A stretch of DNA of 64,000 nucleotides from contig PGYS01000002.1 in assembly GCA_002839795.1 (NCBI GenBank), forward strand, positions 11,274-75,273, in the 5' to 3' direction. Shown one piece after another: positions 1 to 10,124 of this stretch. The notes below the pieces were generated by a model. It worked only from the letters and a program-made list of their open reading frames with translations, did no database searches and had not been told where the DNA came from. Numbering within the stretch: the stretch's first letter is position 1; every line of letters begins with the position of its first letter. The position numbers and the translations under genes were made by a program. Source of the stretch: Ignavibacteriae bacterium HGW-Ignavibacteriae-3. GTDB taxonomy: Bacteria > Bacteroidota > Ignavibacteria > Ignavibacteriales > Melioribacteraceae.

Positions 1-3000
1 GAGCTGGCCAATGCGGTTCAGATAATAAACGAACGGAATTCTCATTATTCCGATAAGCTTGTTGATGCTGCTTTTAAGAATGTCTACGAAAAATCCGAAA
101 AACTGGATTTTAAAAGTTTAGTTCAATTCAGTTCTACGAAAAGACTTTTCAGAATCTGCTTGATTGTTCTGACCGCAAGCATAATAACAGTTTCAATCAC
201 CCCCGGTTTAGATTCAGCGGTACATCGATTAATCAACTTCGGGACAAATTTTTCCCCGCCGCCGAAATTTCTTTTTTCAGTTATTCCCGGCAACCTGGAA
301 ATATCAAAAGGAGACAATGTAAAAATCATTATTAAAACCGAGGCCGAGCAGCAATCTGAAATATTCCTTTCGACAAAATCAGAGGAGCAGTCGGAGCATA
401 TAGTTAAAAAATTATCACCGGACTCACTTGGTAATTTTAATTATGAAGAATTTTCGGTTAAAAGTTCGTTTGAATATTTTGCATCTGCCGGAAAGATTAA
501 AAGTGAATCATACATGATTTCAGTTGTCAATCGTCCGGCGATTACGGGCTTTGAAATAACTATATCGCCTCCTGCGTATTCGCAGATGCCGGATCAGATA
601 CAAAAAGACAACGGAAATATTAGCGCCATGCCCGGAAGCATTTTGAAAATTGCCTTGAACTCATCCCGCGAATTATCAAAAGCTGTTATCTCTTTCAGCG
701 ACAACACTCGTAAAAACATGAGCGTCTCTTCGGCAAAGTCATCGATTATTTTTCCGGTTTTTAAAGAAGCGAACTATCAAATTCTGATTGAAGACAAACA
801 GGGCTTTGTAAATCTCAATCCGATTACATATTCAATTAAATTGTTGACTGACGCCTCTCCTTCGATTGAAATGCTCTCGCCGGACCAGAATATCAAACTT
901 GCGAACGAGACAAAAATATCACTTGTCTCAAAGATCAGCGACGATTACGGTTTCAGCAGAATGAATTTGAATTACCGTCTATCCGCGTCAAAGTACCGTC
1001 AGATTACAGATGAGTTCACAAAAATTCCGATTACCATTTCCAATCAATTAAAAGAAGATGAAATTTATTTTGTCTGGGATCTTGGCCAACTTGTTCTGGC
1101 AGAGGGTGAAGTTATAGCCTACTATCTTGAAGTTTTCGATAACGACATCGTCAACGGTCCGAAGCCGGCTAGGACTCCGCAATTTACAATCGCTGTTCCG
1201 TCAATGGACGCTCTCTTTGCCGATGCCGATATCAAACAGGAAGACGCATCAAAGGAATTGACAGAAATACTTAAAGAAGCCGGGCATCTTAAACAGGAAA
1301 TGCAGAAGATCAGCGATGATCTGAAACAGAATTCAAAGGATATTTCGTGGCAGGAAAAAGAAAAGGTTGAAAAAGCCGCCGAAAAATTCAAGGATATCGG
1401 CAAAAAGATCGATGAGATTTCGGAGAAGCTTTCTGAAATGAAAAATGATCTTGCAAAAAATAATCTACTTTCCGAGGAGACTCTTAAAAAATATAATGAA
1501 CTTCAGGAACTTCTGGAGAAGATGAGCACGGACGAGATGAAAGATGCATTCAAAAGACTGCAGGAGGCGCTCAAGAGTCTGAACCGGGATAATGTTCAAA
1601 TGTCCATGGAAGAGATGAAGGCAAACGAAGAATACATAAGGAAAAGCATCGAACGCACACTTAATCTTCTTAAGCGCGTCCAGATTGAACAAAAAGTTGA
1701 TGAGCTGTTAAAAAGAACCGAGGAACTAACGGAAAAAATAGATGATCTGAAAAACAAAACCGAGCAGTCAAATCTTTCAGATAAACCGAAACGCGATGAA
1801 CTGGCAAACCGGCAAAAGGATATATCGCAGGATTTGAAAAGTCTTAGTGAAGAAATGAATAAGCTTGACGTTAAGATGGACGGTATGAATGATATGCCTC
1901 AGGATCAGCTGGATAATATCAGGAAAGATCTTGAAAAACAGAATAATGAAAATATTTCTGACGAAGCGGCAAAAGATATTCAGCAGCAGCAAAAACAGGG
2001 GGCGATGCAAAATCAGCAGCAGCTTTCTCAGAATATGAAAAATCTCGGCAAACAGATGAAAAGCATGCAGTCTGGCATGCAGCAGATGAACCAGATGAAT
2101 ACGTTTTTAGATATGATGAAGATACTGGACGATCTGCTCACGCTTTCCAAGGATCAGGAAAAACTTAAAAACGATACAGAGCAATTGAGTCCGTACTCAA
2201 ATGAATTCTCAAATAATCTCCGCGAACAGAGCAAACTTCAGAGTAATCTGGGAAAAGTACTTCAGAAGATGGGCGATCTTTCCCAGAAAACTTTTGCGAT
2301 TACACCAGAAATGGGTAAATCACTTGGACAGGCGCTTTCCGACATGCAGCAATCGATGAATGCGATGATGAGCAATCAGGGGCCTCCGGCAACCCAGATG
2401 CAGAAAAGCGCTATGAGTTCATTGAATAATGCCGCCGGCATGATGAAAAGCGCAATGGATCAGCTTATGAGCGGAGGCGGATCGGGCGGCGGTATGATGA
2501 GCATGATGCAGCAGCTCCAGCAGCTCGGTCAGCAGCAGATGGGTCTCAATCAGTTAACTCAGATGATGAACAACGGGCAAATGTCACAGGAAATGATGGC
2601 GCAGACCCAGCGGCTCGCGCAGCAGCAGGAGGCAATTCGTAAATCTCTTGAACAATTAAATCGGGAAGCCAAAGAAAGCGGACAATCTAAACGCATCGCC
2701 GGAAATCTTGAAAAAATATTGAGTGAAATGAGAGAGGTAGTTTCAAATCTTCAATCGCAGAAACTGGACAACGACATTGTGAAGCAGCAGGAGAGAATTC
2801 TAACAAAACTTCTCGACGCACAGAGATCAATGAATGAACGTGATTACGAAAAAGATAGAAAATCGGAATCCGGTAAAGATTTTACAAGAACTTCCCCGCC
2901 CGATTTAATCCTGAATACAGATGAAGGAAAGAATAAACTGAAAGATGAACTGTTGAAAGCTGTGAGAGAGGGATATAAAAAAGATTATGAAGACTTGATA

Positions 3001-3042
3001 AGAAAATATTTTGAGCTTTTGCAGAAAAAAACTAAAAAATAA
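1..3042 (+). CDS. Large membrane-anchored coiled-coil protein with Gln/Met-rich low-complexity C-terminal half (DUF4175-like, function unknown); 5' end lies outside the window
   Basis: Frame 1 is open from nt 1 (ELANAVQIINERNSHYSDKL...) into the track ORF 160..3042, so the gene is cut by the window edge. It has a hydrophobic segment LFRICLIVLTASIITVSITPGL, a long K/E-rich heptad-like region, then MQQ/MMS/GGSGGG low complexity. The DUF4175 assignment is from memory only. Confidence 0.6.
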   Translation, partial: ELANAVQIINERNSHYSDKLVDAAFKNVYEKSEKLDFKSLVQFSSTKRLFRICLIVLTASIITVSITPGLDSAVHRLINFGTNFSPPPKFLFSVIPGNLEISKGDNVKIIIKTEAEQQSEIFLSTKSEEQSEHIVKKLSPDSLGNFNYEEFSVKSSFEYFASAGKIKSESYMISVVNRPAITGFEITISPPAYSQMPDQIQKDNGNISAMPGSILKIALNSSRELSKAVISFSDNTRKNMSVSSAKSSIIFPVFKEANYQILIEDKQGFVNLNPITYSIKLLTDASPSIEMLSPDQNIKLANETKISLVSKISDDYGFSRMNLNYRLSASKYRQITDEFTKIPITISNQLKEDEIYFVWDLGQLVLAEGEVIAYYLEVFDNDIVNGPKPARTPQFTIAVPSMDALFADADIKQEDASKELTEILKEAGHLKQEMQKISDDLKQNSKDISWQEKEKVEKAAEKFKDIGKKIDEISEKLSEMKNDLAKNNLLSEETLKKYNELQELLEKMSTDEMKDAFKRLQEALKSLNRDNVQMSMEEMKANEEYIRKSIERTLNLLKRVQIEQKVDELLKRTEELTEKIDDLKNKTEQSNLSDKPKRDELANRQKDISQDLKSLSEEMNKLDVKMDGMNDMPQDQLDNIRKDLEKQNNENISDEAAKDIQQQQKQGAMQNQQQLSQNMKNLGKQMKSMQSGMQQMNQMNTFLDMMKILDDLLTLSKDQEKLKNDTEQLSPYSNEFSNNLREQSKLQSNLGKVLQKMGDLSQKTFAITPEMGKSLGQALSDMQQSMNAMMSNQGPPATQMQKSAMSSLNNAAGMMKSAMDQLMSGGGSGGGMMSMMQQLQQLGQQQMGLNQLTQMMNNGQMSQEMMAQTQRLAQQQEAIRKSLEQLNREAKESGQSKRIAGNLEKILSEMREVVSNLQSQKLDNDIVKQQERILTKLLDAQRSMNERDYEKDRKSESGKDFTRTSPPDLILNTDEGKNKLKDELLKAVREGYKKDYEDLIRKYFELLQKKTKK

Positions 3043-3364
3043 TCAATGAAAATTATTTAGTGAAAAATTTTTTCCTCCTTTTAATTTTCTCACATTTTCA
3101 GAAATCAATCTGAATCCAAGCTCCGCTGAGCCACACCGTCCGTGTTTTAATAAGATCCGGATATATATCGGCAGTCGAGACGCATGGCAATTCATCGCTG
3201 TCTTAAGTTTTTTAAACATCAACATTTGTAAAATTGATGAAGTTAGAGAAACAGTTAATCCTTCTATTTTAATCCCGCATTATTTCATTAAAGTTATTAA
3301 TTGAACCATTGTCTCGGCACATATGTTTTATTTGCGAAATCAATTTTATAGAAAGGTTATAACA

Positions 3365-4315
3365 ATGGCAGATAAAAAAATTATTGCAGTTCTGGGAGCA
3401 ACCGGCGCGCAGGGCGGGGGATTAGTCCGGGCAATTCTTAGCGATAAAACCGACGATTTCACAGCCCGGGCATTAACCAGAAACATAAATGCAGATAAAG
3501 CAAAGGCTCTTAAAGAGGCCGGCGCTGATGTTGTAACGGTAGATATAGATAATTTTGAAAGTTTAAAGTCGGCTTTTACAGGTGCTTATGCTGTTTATGC
3601 CGTTACTTTTTTCTGGGAGCATTTTTCGGTTGATAAAGAATTATCACAAGCCGAAATGATAGCAAAGGCGGCAAAGGAAGCCGGCGTCAAACATATAATC
3701 TGGTCAACACTCGAAGACACACGGAAATGGGTTCCGCTTGAAGATAACAGAATGCCGACACTTCAAGGCAAATACAAAGTTCCCCACTTCGACGGCAAAG
3801 GCCAGGCCAATAAATTTTTTACAGACCTTGGACTTCCTGTTACATTTCTTCAAACATCTTTTTACTGGGACAATTTTATTCACTTCGGGATGGGTCCAAA
3901 GAAAACAGCCGACGACACTTATGCGTTAACGCTTCCGATGGGGGACAAAAAGCTTCCCGGAATTGCCGCTGAGGATATAGGAAAATGTGCTTACGGTATT
4001 TTCAAAAAAGGAAACGACTTTATAAGTAAAACCGTGAGCATTGCGGGCGGTCACACGTCAGGAAAAGAAATGGCGGAATCAATGGGTAAAGCTCTTGGAA
4101 AAAATGTTATTTACAATAGTGTTCCTTTTGACACATACCGCGGTTTTGGATTTCCCGGTGCAGACGATTTGGGAAATATGTTTCAATTTACACATGACTT
4201 TGAGGAGTATTTCTGCGGGGTGCGGGATATGAATTTTTCCAGATCGATAAATCCGGAATTGAAATCTTTTGACAATTGGCTAAGCGAGAATAAAGATCGC
4301 ATTCCACTGGAGTAA
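3365..4315 (+). CDS. NmrA-family NAD(P)-binding protein
   Basis: N-terminal Rossmann motif KIIAVLGATGAQGGGLVRAIL is typical of NmrA/HSCARG-like proteins. I moved the start to the ATG at 3365 (MADKK). Confidence 0.8.
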   Translation: MADKKIIAVLGATGAQGGGLVRAILSDKTDDFTARALTRNINADKAKALKEAGADVVTVDIDNFESLKSAFTGAYAVYAVTFFWEHFSVDKELSQAEMIAKAAKEAGVKHIIWSTLEDTRKWVPLEDNRMPTLQGKYKVPHFDGKGQANKFFTDLGLPVTFLQTSFYWDNFIHFGMGPKKTADDTYALTLPMGDKKLPGIAAEDIGKCAYGIFKKGNDFISKTVSIAGGHTSGKEMAESMGKALGKNVIYNSVPFDTYRGFGFPGADDLGNMFQFTHDFEEYFCGVRDMNFSRSINPELKSFDNWLSENKDRIPLE

Positions 4316-4325
4316 TTCCATTTAT

Positions 4326-4355
4326 CGTAGAGGCGATGAGCCCATCGTCTCTACG
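4326..4355. terminator. Bidirectional stem-loop between convergent genes
   Basis: cgtagaggcgatg-agcc-catcgtctctacg forms a 13-bp stem (one G-U) with a 4-nt loop. It lies between the stop at 4315 (+) and the stop at 4365 (-), with T-rich flanks. Confidence 0.55.
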
Positions 4356-4364
4356 CTTATCTTA

Positions 4365-5018
4365 TTATTCCCATCTCAAATATTTTGAATTACCGAGCAG
4401 TTCCTGAATTCTTCTCTGAATAATTTCGTCCTTATTTTGTTTTCTGGCCTGAAGAGATTCCTTTAATTCCTGAAGACGCTTTTCGAGTTGCTTAACTTCT
4501 TCCTGCTTCTGGGATTCCCGAATATCAAACAACTGGCCGAGTGCCGATTGAAGATCTTTCTTCAATAATGCCTGATTCGCATTATCGGCATTTTTTAATT
4601 TTAGCACGTAAAGTTCAACATCAATCTCAAGCTCTTTCTGCTTTTTAATTTTCTCATTTCTTTCTTTAGAGACCTCTTCATATACCGAAAGCGCCTTTCC
4701 GGTAGTGTACCTCTCCGCTAAAGAAGATTGAAAATAATATGATAACGAAGACGACTCCCTAAGCAGCTGATAATATTTGTCCTTATTTAACTTCTTCACA
4801 TCTTCAAGCTTGGCTTTTATCTCCGGAGACAGGCTCTTAAGAAGCTTCTCCTCCTCCTCTTTAGACATCTCTTTGCCCTGAGACTGAACAATAAACTCCT
4901 GGGTTGCGTCATTAAACGCGTACCCGAGACTTGAAGAAACGCCCGAACTTTGTCCCGCTGTTCTATTCAGCGGAAGTGTCAATATTGCAACACAGACTAT
5001 GGTTATTAATTTTTTCAT
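4365..5018 (-). CDS. Secreted/periplasmic coiled-coil protein, third gene of an ECF sigma/anti-sigma operon
   Basis: Signal peptide MKKLITIVCVAILTLPLN followed by K/E/Q-rich heptad-like sequence. It starts 11 nt downstream of the anti-sigma stop. No specific family recognised. Confidence 0.55.
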   Translation of the reverse strand: MKKLITIVCVAILTLPLNRTAGQSSGVSSSLGYAFNDATQEFIVQSQGKEMSKEEEEKLLKSLSPEIKAKLEDVKKLNKDKYYQLLRESSSLSYYFQSSLAERYTTGKALSVYEEVSKERNEKIKKQKELEIDVELYVLKLKNADNANQALLKKDLQSALGQLFDIRESQKQEEVKQLEKRLQELKESLQARKQNKDEIIQRRIQELLGNSKYLRWE

Positions 5019-5029
5019 TATGTTCTCCT

Positions 5030-5599
5030 TTAATTAAATGAAAACTCGTCCGATTCCTTTTCCATTTTTTGAATTTTTTTATCTATAAAGAGAATTTCTC
5101 TATCCCATTTATCACCGGACAAAATGTTTATTTGGTTTTTTATCTGGTTAATTTGAGTTGCTATCTCTGCCCCGTTCCAGTCAAGAATTTTTTCAGGAAT
5201 TTTTTCGACTGGGACCGGCTGATGAGTAATTAGTGAGATTATAATTGCAATTACAGCCAAAGCTCCCGTGAATGCCGCCTTACCGTATATGTTTTTACTA
5301 TGTCTTGATGTATTCCCGGTGCCAAAAATATTTTTCAGCTCAAATTTTCTTTTTCGGGAGGCGGAGTTGATCATCCGCTTGAATGATTCGTCATCAATGT
5401 CAACCAGAGTTTCTTTTTTCAGATCCGAGATAATTTTCATTTCAGCTTCCATCTCGCACATGCAAAGATCGCATTCCGATAAATGATTTTTCCAGAAGTC
5501 CATTTGCTCTACGGGCAGTTCTTTTGAAATGAAGAGCCACATTTCATTCTCAAAATCCAGACAGACCGCTTTTTTTCCGTTAGACATCTTTCTTTCCAA
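5030..5599 (-). CDS. Zinc-finger (ZAS-type) anti-sigma factor, single-pass membrane protein
   Basis: HxxxCxxC motif (HLSECDLC) in the N-terminal domain and a TM segment AAFTGALAVIAIIISLI. It overlaps the 3' end of the sigma gene. An alternative ATG at 5587 gives an 8-nt overlap. Confidence 0.7.
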   Translation of the reverse strand: MERKMSNGKKAVCLDFENEMWLFISKELPVEQMDFWKNHLSECDLCMCEMEAEMKIISDLKKETLVDIDDESFKRMINSASRKRKFELKNIFGTGNTSRHSKNIYGKAAFTGALAVIAIIISLITHQPVPVEKIPEKILDWNGAEIATQINQIKNQINILSGDKWDREILFIDKKIQKMEKESDEFSFN

Positions 5600-6125
5600 T
5601 GATTTTTCTGATTTTTTTTACCGCGTAATGCATATGCGAGAGCACCGTATTTATTGGCTCATCCGTTAGTCTGGAGATTTCTTTGAAACTCATATCTCCG
5701 TACAGACGCAGAAGAAGAACATTCTTCTGTTTTACCGGTAGTATTTCTATCGCACTCTCTATCATTTTATTTGTTTCATTGCTTATAAACTCTTTGTGCG
5801 GATCACTTCCGCCGTGTAAATTTTCCGCATCAATTTCCAGTTTCAAAATATTTCGTTTTCTTTTTCGAAGAACATCCATTGCAGTATTGTGCGCAATTGT
5901 GAAAAGCCAAGATGAAAACTTCTGCTGTTCAGAATATTTCTTAATTCCCCTCCATGTTTTAATAAGTGTTTCCTGAAACAGATCATCCGTTTGAGTTTTA
6001 TCTCCGCATAATTTGAACAGATAGGAGAACAGCTGCCGCCGGTACGGTTGTATTAAAGGCCCAAAAGCGGGAGAGTCTCCATTGCGGCACCTTTCTATAA
6101 GATTCTGTTCCTGAGTCGCACTCAT
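5580..6125 (-). CDS. ECF-type RNA polymerase sigma-70 family factor
   Basis: Region 2 (DDLFQETLIKTWRGIKKY...FSSWLFTIAHNTAMDVLRKRKR) and region 4 HTH (MSFKEISRLTDEPINTVLSHMHYAVKKIR). Confidence 0.9.
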   Translation of the reverse strand: MSATQEQNLIERCRNGDSPAFGPLIQPYRRQLFSYLFKLCGDKTQTDDLFQETLIKTWRGIKKYSEQQKFSSWLFTIAHNTAMDVLRKRKRNILKLEIDAENLHGGSDPHKEFISNETNKMIESAIEILPVKQKNVLLLRLYGDMSFKEISRLTDEPINTVLSHMHYAVKKIRKIIGKKDV

Positions 6126-6515
6126 AAAGCTCTTATTTCTACTATTGTAAACGGGGTGATTGCTGTTTTATTGTGGTATTACTAAAAATGTTTCGAAAGT
6201 ATATCATTGTTTTTTTAACTTATCAAAAGGCCGAGTTTGCCCTTACGAACTGCCCTTTTAAATAATTCGAATAGGGGAATACGCCACTCAGAGCCATGAT
6301 CTCCGCAATAAAGGGCGAAAATTCATCCCGGTCAATTATTTTCTCTTATATATACAAGAAAACGGCTATTTTTTCCTGCCTGGCCGTTTTTACGATTTCC
6401 CTGTTCATTGACTAAGAGTCCTTAAGGTGGTATAATCCTGAGTATCAATATCGAATCTTTTGATTATCTTTATGGTGAAAATGAGTATATCAGAATGAAA
6501 ACGGAACTATGATTC

Positions 6516-7955
6516 ATGAAACATATATTAATCCTAGTCTTTTTATCCTCTCTATTATCGGCAAGACCCATAGAACCAAGCCCGACAGATCAGCAGATCA
6601 TATCATATACTTTTAACGAACAGTTTGATCAGGCAAAAAAATTATGCCAGGAGCAGATCAATTCAAATCCGAATTCTCCTAAATACTATTACTATCTCAT
6701 AAATACCAAAATGATGGAGTATTATCAAAAAGTCTCGGAACTAGATCCGGAGAAAAGAGACGAAGCAAGAAAAATTCTGAATAAGGAGATAATTGATTAC
6801 TGCGAAAAGGTTCTTGAGAGGTTCGATGAATCAAAACTTAACACGGAAAATAAATTTTACTATGGAACCATCTACGCCTACCTTGCAAGAATCTACGGCG
6901 TGGACGCTTCGTGGTGGAGCGCATTTAAAAGCGGGAAAAAAGCCAAAAGCACCATGCAGGATATTTTAAAAGCAGATTCCCTATTCTACGATGCATACCT
7001 CATTCTCGGAATGCTCGAATACTATGCCGACAGGATGAGCGGAATTACAAGTTTTATCGCCGGCGTCCTGGGCCTTTCCGGTGATCGTGATATAGGATTG
7101 AATTATTTAAAAATTTCTTACGAGAAAGGATCATTAACTTTCGGGCAGACAGCACTTACACTTATCGAGGCGTATTCCAGTCTGGAAGGAAATGAAACAG
7201 CTGCTCTTCCCTACTTTGAAGGTTTCCTGAACCGGTATCCTAAAAACAAAAGAACCCTGAATGCATACTGCCGTACTTTGATGAATTTATGGAATATTAA
7301 AAAGGTAGAGAGCATCATAAAGAGCGATAAAGATAATTTAGTGGACGATTATACAAAGGCCAGATTCTATGATTTAACAGGCAACTCGGCATTGGCCATA
7401 CAGTACGGCGAGATGGCTTTGCAGAACGAAAGAAAACTTTACCGGGGAGGGGGCAACGCAGCAAGACACATCATAGTCTTCAACAGCTGGCTTGCGGGAG
7501 ACTACCTTAAAATGAATAAATATGAGCCGACATTAACGGAACGATATAAAACCGCGTTTGCGGAGGCGAAAAAATTTGAAAAGGAAACGAAATGGCTCCG
7601 TGAGCTGACGATTCAGATTGCGGCCGATAAACCGGTTTCCGCAATTGAAAATTATTCAAAATCAAAACCTGATTTTACATCATTAAAGGGGTTCGAAGAT
7701 GAATATAATATATTGATCGGTTCGTTTTACTTTAAAAATAATGTTTATGATAAATCGGAATATTATTTTAACAGGTCAATAAATTCACCCGATGACCGGG
7801 GCCGTTATACCGCGGCACGCTACTTGCTTGATCTATATATGAAACAAACGGTTGATAAAACAAAAGTTAAAAATCTCCTTAAAATTATCGATAATATTGA
7901 TAATTCACGGCTTTCTTACCGCTCGAAAGATTTGGAGAAAAAATACAATCTTTAA
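6516..7955 (+). CDS. Secreted TPR-like helical-repeat protein, function unknown
   Basis: Signal peptide MKHILILVFLSSLLSA followed by Tyr-rich helical repeat-like sequence. No catalytic motif recognised. Confidence 0.5.
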   Translation: MKHILILVFLSSLLSARPIEPSPTDQQIISYTFNEQFDQAKKLCQEQINSNPNSPKYYYYLINTKMMEYYQKVSELDPEKRDEARKILNKEIIDYCEKVLERFDESKLNTENKFYYGTIYAYLARIYGVDASWWSAFKSGKKAKSTMQDILKADSLFYDAYLILGMLEYYADRMSGITSFIAGVLGLSGDRDIGLNYLKISYEKGSLTFGQTALTLIEAYSSLEGNETAALPYFEGFLNRYPKNKRTLNAYCRTLMNLWNIKKVESIIKSDKDNLVDDYTKARFYDLTGNSALAIQYGEMALQNERKLYRGGGNAARHIIVFNSWLAGDYLKMNKYEPTLTERYKTAFAEAKKFEKETKWLRELTIQIAADKPVSAIENYSKSKPDFTSLKGFEDEYNILIGSFYFKNNVYDKSEYYFNRSINSPDDRGRYTAARYLLDLYMKQTVDKTKVKNLLKIIDNIDNSRLSYRSKDLEKKYNL

Positions 7956-7962
7956 AACGAAT

Positions 7963-7983
7963 TCCGGAACGGAATATTCCGGA
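7963..7983 (+). terminator. Candidate rho-independent terminator after the TPR-like gene
   Basis: tccggaa-cggaata-ttccgga forms a 7-bp perfect stem followed by gaattttattt. Confidence 0.4.
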
Positions 7984-8006
7984 GAATTTTATTTAAAAGG
8001 AGCGAT

Positions 8007-10124
8007 TTGAGTTTTTTTAAACAAATATTTCTGCCTCTGGTGATAATCGCCATTTGCGTTATACTGCTGTACTCTTCATACGAGGATGTTAGAAAAGAAA
8101 CCATCCATCAATTAAATAATGAACACGTCACGCACGCACGGCAAGCCGCAACGGGAATAAAATTATTCTTTGAGGATTATAATATACTTCTCAATTTTAT
8201 GGCGAAACAAAACTCTATTATTAATTTGACCGGCGATGGAAAAAGTTTAATTGAGGCATTTTACAAAAGTCACACGCCCGAAATAAAAGCTATTACGCGT
8301 ATAGACGAAAACGGAAGAATAATTCACACAGTACCTTATGATCCCAAGTTCATTGGCGCTGATATCTCGTACCAGACTCATATTAAAAAATTTCTTTCCT
8401 CGCGTTCTTATGTTCTGAGCGATGTTTTTGATGCGGTTCAGGGATACAGGAGCATCGCATATTATGTACCGGTTTTTAAGAACGGTCTTTTTAAAGGCGG
8501 GATTGCCGTACTTATTCCCTTCGAGGAACTCTCCAAGAACTATCTCGGCAACATCAAGGTGAGAGAAACCGGAGCCGCATGGACTATAAGCCAGAGCGGG
8601 GCTATTATCTACAGTCCATTTCCGGAATACAACAACAAAAATATTTTTGATCTATTCAAAAATTCTCCATCGATGAACTTGATGTTAAAAAACGCCACTG
8701 CGGGCAAAACCGGTTCGGATTTTTATTCATGGGTCAACCCGGGCATACATACCGCCGAAGAAGAAGAAAATGTTTATATAACATATTATCCTATAAGAGC
8801 CGCCGACCAGTACTGGTCCATTATAATATCAACGCCTGAACGTGAAATAGTCGGCACGATGAGAGTATTTATGAATAAGTGGTTCATCATTGTATTTTTA
8901 TTGATTCTCGGAACATCCATATATTTGTACTACATTCTGAAAGCCCGGGCCGTTTTAAAAGAGGAAATGAAAAGAAAAAAAGCGGAAGAGGCGTTACGGC
9001 AATCTGAACAGAAATTCAAAACTCTTTTTCAGGCAGCCGGCGATGCAATTCTTCTTCATGAGCTGGACGGCAGAATTATCGAGGTAAACAATTACGCAAT
9101 CGATCTTCTCGGATATACCAGGAAAGAATTCCTGAAACTGACCAATTTTGAATTAAATCTTCCTGTTAATTCTGAACAAGTAATCGAGCGCAGAAAACTT
9201 TTAGAAGAGAGAGGCGAACTCTATTTTGAGACAATTTACAGAACAAAAAACGGGTCTCATATTCCCGTTAGCATAAGCAAGCGGCTCATTGATTACGACG
9301 ACAGAAAAGTGGCTCTTTCCATAATCAGAGATATCTCCGCGAAGAAAAAAGAGGAAGAAGATCTGATACATGCCAAGGAAGAGGCGGAAAAAGCAAGCAG
9401 ATTAAAGTCCGAGTTCCTGGCACAGATGTCTCACGAAATCAGATCCCCATTGAATGTAGTTGTGGGGTTCACTCAGTTATTAAGAGATGAATTACAGGGG
9501 ACTATTCCCGAAGATATCTCCGAAAGTTTTAAGGGAATTGATACTGCCGGTCAAAGAATTATCAGAACAGTTGAAATGATTTTAAATATGTCCGAACTCC
9601 AGACAGGCATGTATGAATCGACGCGGGTGTATTTTGACCTTGTGGAAGATTCCCTCAGAAAGATCTATTCAGAATATGAAATAGCCGCAAGAAAAAAAGG
9701 GTTGTTAATTTCCCTTTCTGTTAAAGCTTCCGATACTCATCTTTACGCGGACTTATTCAGTACGGGACAGATTTTTGTGAATCTCCTGGATAATGCTATT
9801 AAATACACGCACACAGGTGATATTCTGATAACCGTCGACAGGGATGATAAGGATAATTTGACCGTTAGCATTGCAGATACGGGAATCGGAATTTCAGAGG
9901 AATATTTGCCTAAACTTTTTGACCCGTTTACACAAGAGGAACAGGGTTATTCCAGAAAATACGAGGGCTCCGGTTTGGGGATGGCCCTTGTTAAAAGATA
10001 TTGTCAGATCAACAATATCGATATTGAAGTGGATTCGGCCAAAGGTGTCGGGACAAAATATTTATTGCACTTTTCGAATAATTCGGGAAGTTCAAAACAT
10101 TCTTTTAATAAAATGGATTTATAA
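8007..10124 (+). CDS. Sensor histidine kinase (periplasmic Cache-like domain, PAS, HisKA, HATPase_c)
   Basis: TTG start preceded by AAGGAG. Two TM segments flank a sensor domain of about 270 aa. PAS region follows (FQAAGDAILLHELDGRIIEVN). H-box SHEIRSPLN, N-box LLDNAIKYT, G1 DTGIGI and G2 GSGLGMALV are all present. Confidence 0.9.
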   Translation: MSFFKQIFLPLVIIAICVILLYSSYEDVRKETIHQLNNEHVTHARQAATGIKLFFEDYNILLNFMAKQNSIINLTGDGKSLIEAFYKSHTPEIKAITRIDENGRIIHTVPYDPKFIGADISYQTHIKKFLSSRSYVLSDVFDAVQGYRSIAYYVPVFKNGLFKGGIAVLIPFEELSKNYLGNIKVRETGAAWTISQSGAIIYSPFPEYNNKNIFDLFKNSPSMNLMLKNATAGKTGSDFYSWVNPGIHTAEEEENVYITYYPIRAADQYWSIIISTPEREIVGTMRVFMNKWFIIVFLLILGTSIYLYYILKARAVLKEEMKRKKAEEALRQSEQKFKTLFQAAGDAILLHELDGRIIEVNNYAIDLLGYTRKEFLKLTNFELNLPVNSEQVIERRKLLEERGELYFETIYRTKNGSHIPVSISKRLIDYDDRKVALSIIRDISAKKKEEEDLIHAKEEAEKASRLKSEFLAQMSHEIRSPLNVVVGFTQLLRDELQGTIPEDISESFKGIDTAGQRIIRTVEMILNMSELQTGMYESTRVYFDLVEDSLRKIYSEYEIAARKKGLLISLSVKASDTHLYADLFSTGQIFVNLLDNAIKYTHTGDILITVDRDDKDNLTVSIADTGIGISEEYLPKLFDPFTQEEQGYSRKYEGSGLGMALVKRYCQINNIDIEVDSAKGVGTKYLLHFSNNSGSSKHSFNKMDL

